NCBI RefSeq assembly: GCF_000092105.1
Contig: NC_014148.1
Coordinates: forward strand, 210,001-242,000
Source: Planctopirus limnophila DSM 3776
GTDB lineage: Bacteria > Planctomycetota > Planctomycetia > Planctomycetales > Planctomycetaceae
Length of the DNA: 32,000 nucleotides
Direction of reading: 5' to 3'
Part shown: piece by piece, positions 30,685 through 32,000 of the stretch
How positions within the stretch are numbered: the first letter of the stretch is position 1
Layout of the letters: each line of letters opens with the position of its first letter
Notes under the pieces: generated by a model
What the model saw: the letters and a program-made list of their open reading frames with translations, nothing else
The model's database searches: none
What the model was told of the DNA's origin: nothing
Program-made: the position numbers and the translations under genes

Positions 30685-30911
30685 TCTCTCTGCAAAAGGG
30701 TGCGGGCTGGCTCTTCGATCAGGACGACCGGAAACAAACTTTCCTTCAGGATAACCGACCTGCTCTTGCCTCGCCTCCAACTTCTGCCCGATGATAGGTT
30801 TTGAATGGTTTCATCACAAAATCCAGTGGGTGGCCTGAATGGCTGGTTTCGACCGAACTGCTGGTTGATTTGGTAGTTACATCCGCCCCGTAATTTCATC
30901 CGAGGAGTTGC

Positions 30912-32000
30912 ATGCGTATGCCTCACGTTCAACATCGGGAATGCAAACTTCCTTCGATATCAACTCGGCTCCAGAAGACGGATTTGCCAGCCGTTTTCTT
31001 GGCGATGGTGACGTTGTGGCTGGGTTTGGAACTGCCGCCGGTTTTCGCACAGCCGCGTGACCCGTACCTGGCACCCCGGCATCAGATGGTCACCGAGTTC
31101 ATTGAACGCGAAGGGGTCAAGAATCCGCGTGTGCTCTCGTCGATGCGTCAAGTGCCTCGTCATGAGTTCGTGTTGCCGACTCAAAAGCAGCAGGCCTATT
31201 TCGACCAGGCCATGCCGATTGGCCATAAGCAGACGATTTCTCCCCCTTACATTGTGGCCTATGAGACCGAAGCCATTGATCCACAGCCGACCGATAAGGT
31301 GCTCGAAATCGGGACGGGAAGTGGCTATCAGGCGGCTGTGCTTTCAAATCTGGTGCAGGAGGTCTACACGATCGAGATTGTGGAGCCACTAGGAAAGACC
31401 GCCGCCGAACGTCTGAAAAGGCTGGGCTATAACAATGTGAAGGTGAAGGTGGGCGATGGCTACCAGGGGTGGGCCGAGCATGCCCCGTTCGACAAAATTC
31501 TGGTGACCTGCTCCCCCGAGGATGTACCCAAGCCGCTGGTTGATCAACTCAAGGAAGGTGGCAAAATGATCATCCCCTTAGGAGAACGATACCAGCAGGT
31601 CTTTCATCTCATGGAGAAGAAAGACGGCCAGATGATCAGCCAGAAGCTGATTCCTGTGCTGTTTGTCCCGATGACCGGTGCCGCCGAAGATGAGCGCAAG
31701 GTCAAGCCTGATCCCATGCATCCTCAACTGGTGAATGGCGACTTTGAAACGGATGAAAACAATGACGGCATGGTCGATCACTGGTATTACCAGCGACAGG
31801 TGAAGCTCGAAACGGCCGACGTACATGGTGGCAAAGTGGCCGTGACGCTCAGTAACAGCGAGCCCGGTCGTATGGCGCAACTGGTGCAAGGGATGCCTGT
31901 CGACGGGATTCGTCTGGGGACGATGGATGTCAGCTTATGGGCCAAGGCCAAAGGCTTGCGGTCGAGCCGGGATGGGAACGAGCGGCCCGAGCTATCGGTG
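30912..32000 (+). CDS. pcm: Protein-L-isoaspartate O-methyltransferase with an N-terminal signal peptide and a C-terminal extension; the 3' end lies beyond the window
   Basis: Absent from the ORF track because it is open at the right edge. Manual translation from ATG 30912 (GAGGAG RBS upstream) gives MRMPHVQHRECKLPSISTRLQKTDLPAVFLAMVTLWLGLELPPVFAQ.... It continues with VLSSMRQVPRHEFV, GHKQTISPPYIVA, the SAM motif VLEIGTGSGYQAAVLS and FDKILVT. It then continues ...PQLVNGDFETDENNDGMVDHWYY... to position 32000 without a stop. Confidence 0.85.
   Translation, partial: MRMPHVQHRECKLPSISTRLQKTDLPAVFLAMVTLWLGLELPPVFAQPRDPYLAPRHQMVTEFIEREGVKNPRVLSSMRQVPRHEFVLPTQKQQAYFDQAMPIGHKQTISPPYIVAYETEAIDPQPTDKVLEIGTGSGYQAAVLSNLVQEVYTIEIVEPLGKTAAERLKRLGYNNVKVKVGDGYQGWAEHAPFDKILVTCSPEDVPKPLVDQLKEGGKMIIPLGERYQQVFHLMEKKDGQMISQKLIPVLFVPMTGAAEDERKVKPDPMHPQLVNGDFETDENNDGMVDHWYYQRQVKLETADVHGGKVAVTLSNSEPGRMAQLVQGMPVDGIRLGTMDVSLWAKAKGLRSSRDGNERPELSV

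Noticed and set aside
29791-30804. 337-aa plus-strand ORF
   Set aside because: It is antisense to dapF and overlaps the arsA start region. It has no motifs or RBS, while dapF on the opposite strand is unambiguous.

Overview
The window is mostly core housekeeping chromosome. It is probably from a member of the Planctomycetota. That is an inference from three tandem DUF1559 / H-X9-DG genes with prepilin-type N-termini, a family that is greatly expanded in that phylum. Left to right: a partial HAD hydrolase, lpxK and comM (minus strand). Then three tandem DUF1559 pseudopilin-like genes, each with its own long AT-rich leader and hairpin terminator. Then guaA, a small orphan Cys-rich protein with a pilin-like N-terminus, a secreted PDZ protein, and a protein with a basic low-complexity N-half and a DUF4912-like C-half. 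Next is a complete F1Fo ATP synthase operon in canonical order (atpZ-like, atpI-like, atpB-E-F-H-A-G-D-C) ending in a bidirectional terminator. After it come the ffh-rpsP-trmD-rplS cluster (minus strand, no rimM), a divergent receiver-like gene paired with a small membrane protein, dapF followed by an orphan two-domain arsA (minus strand), and a signal-peptide-bearing pcm with a C-terminal extension that runs off the right edge. I found no tRNA/rRNA genes, CRISPR arrays, transposases, integrases or recognisable defence genes. I do not see a convincing novel multi-gene system. The most unusual items are the DUF1559 triplet with its conserved leaders and operator-like palindrome, and the orphan small pilin-like Cys-rich gene with twin leader hairpins. 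Others are the His-rich and signal-like extensions on Fo subunits a, b and c, the orphan arsA that keeps the metalloid-binding Cys triad, and the exported Pcm fusion. All calls come from reading the translations and sequence by eye; no database search was run.
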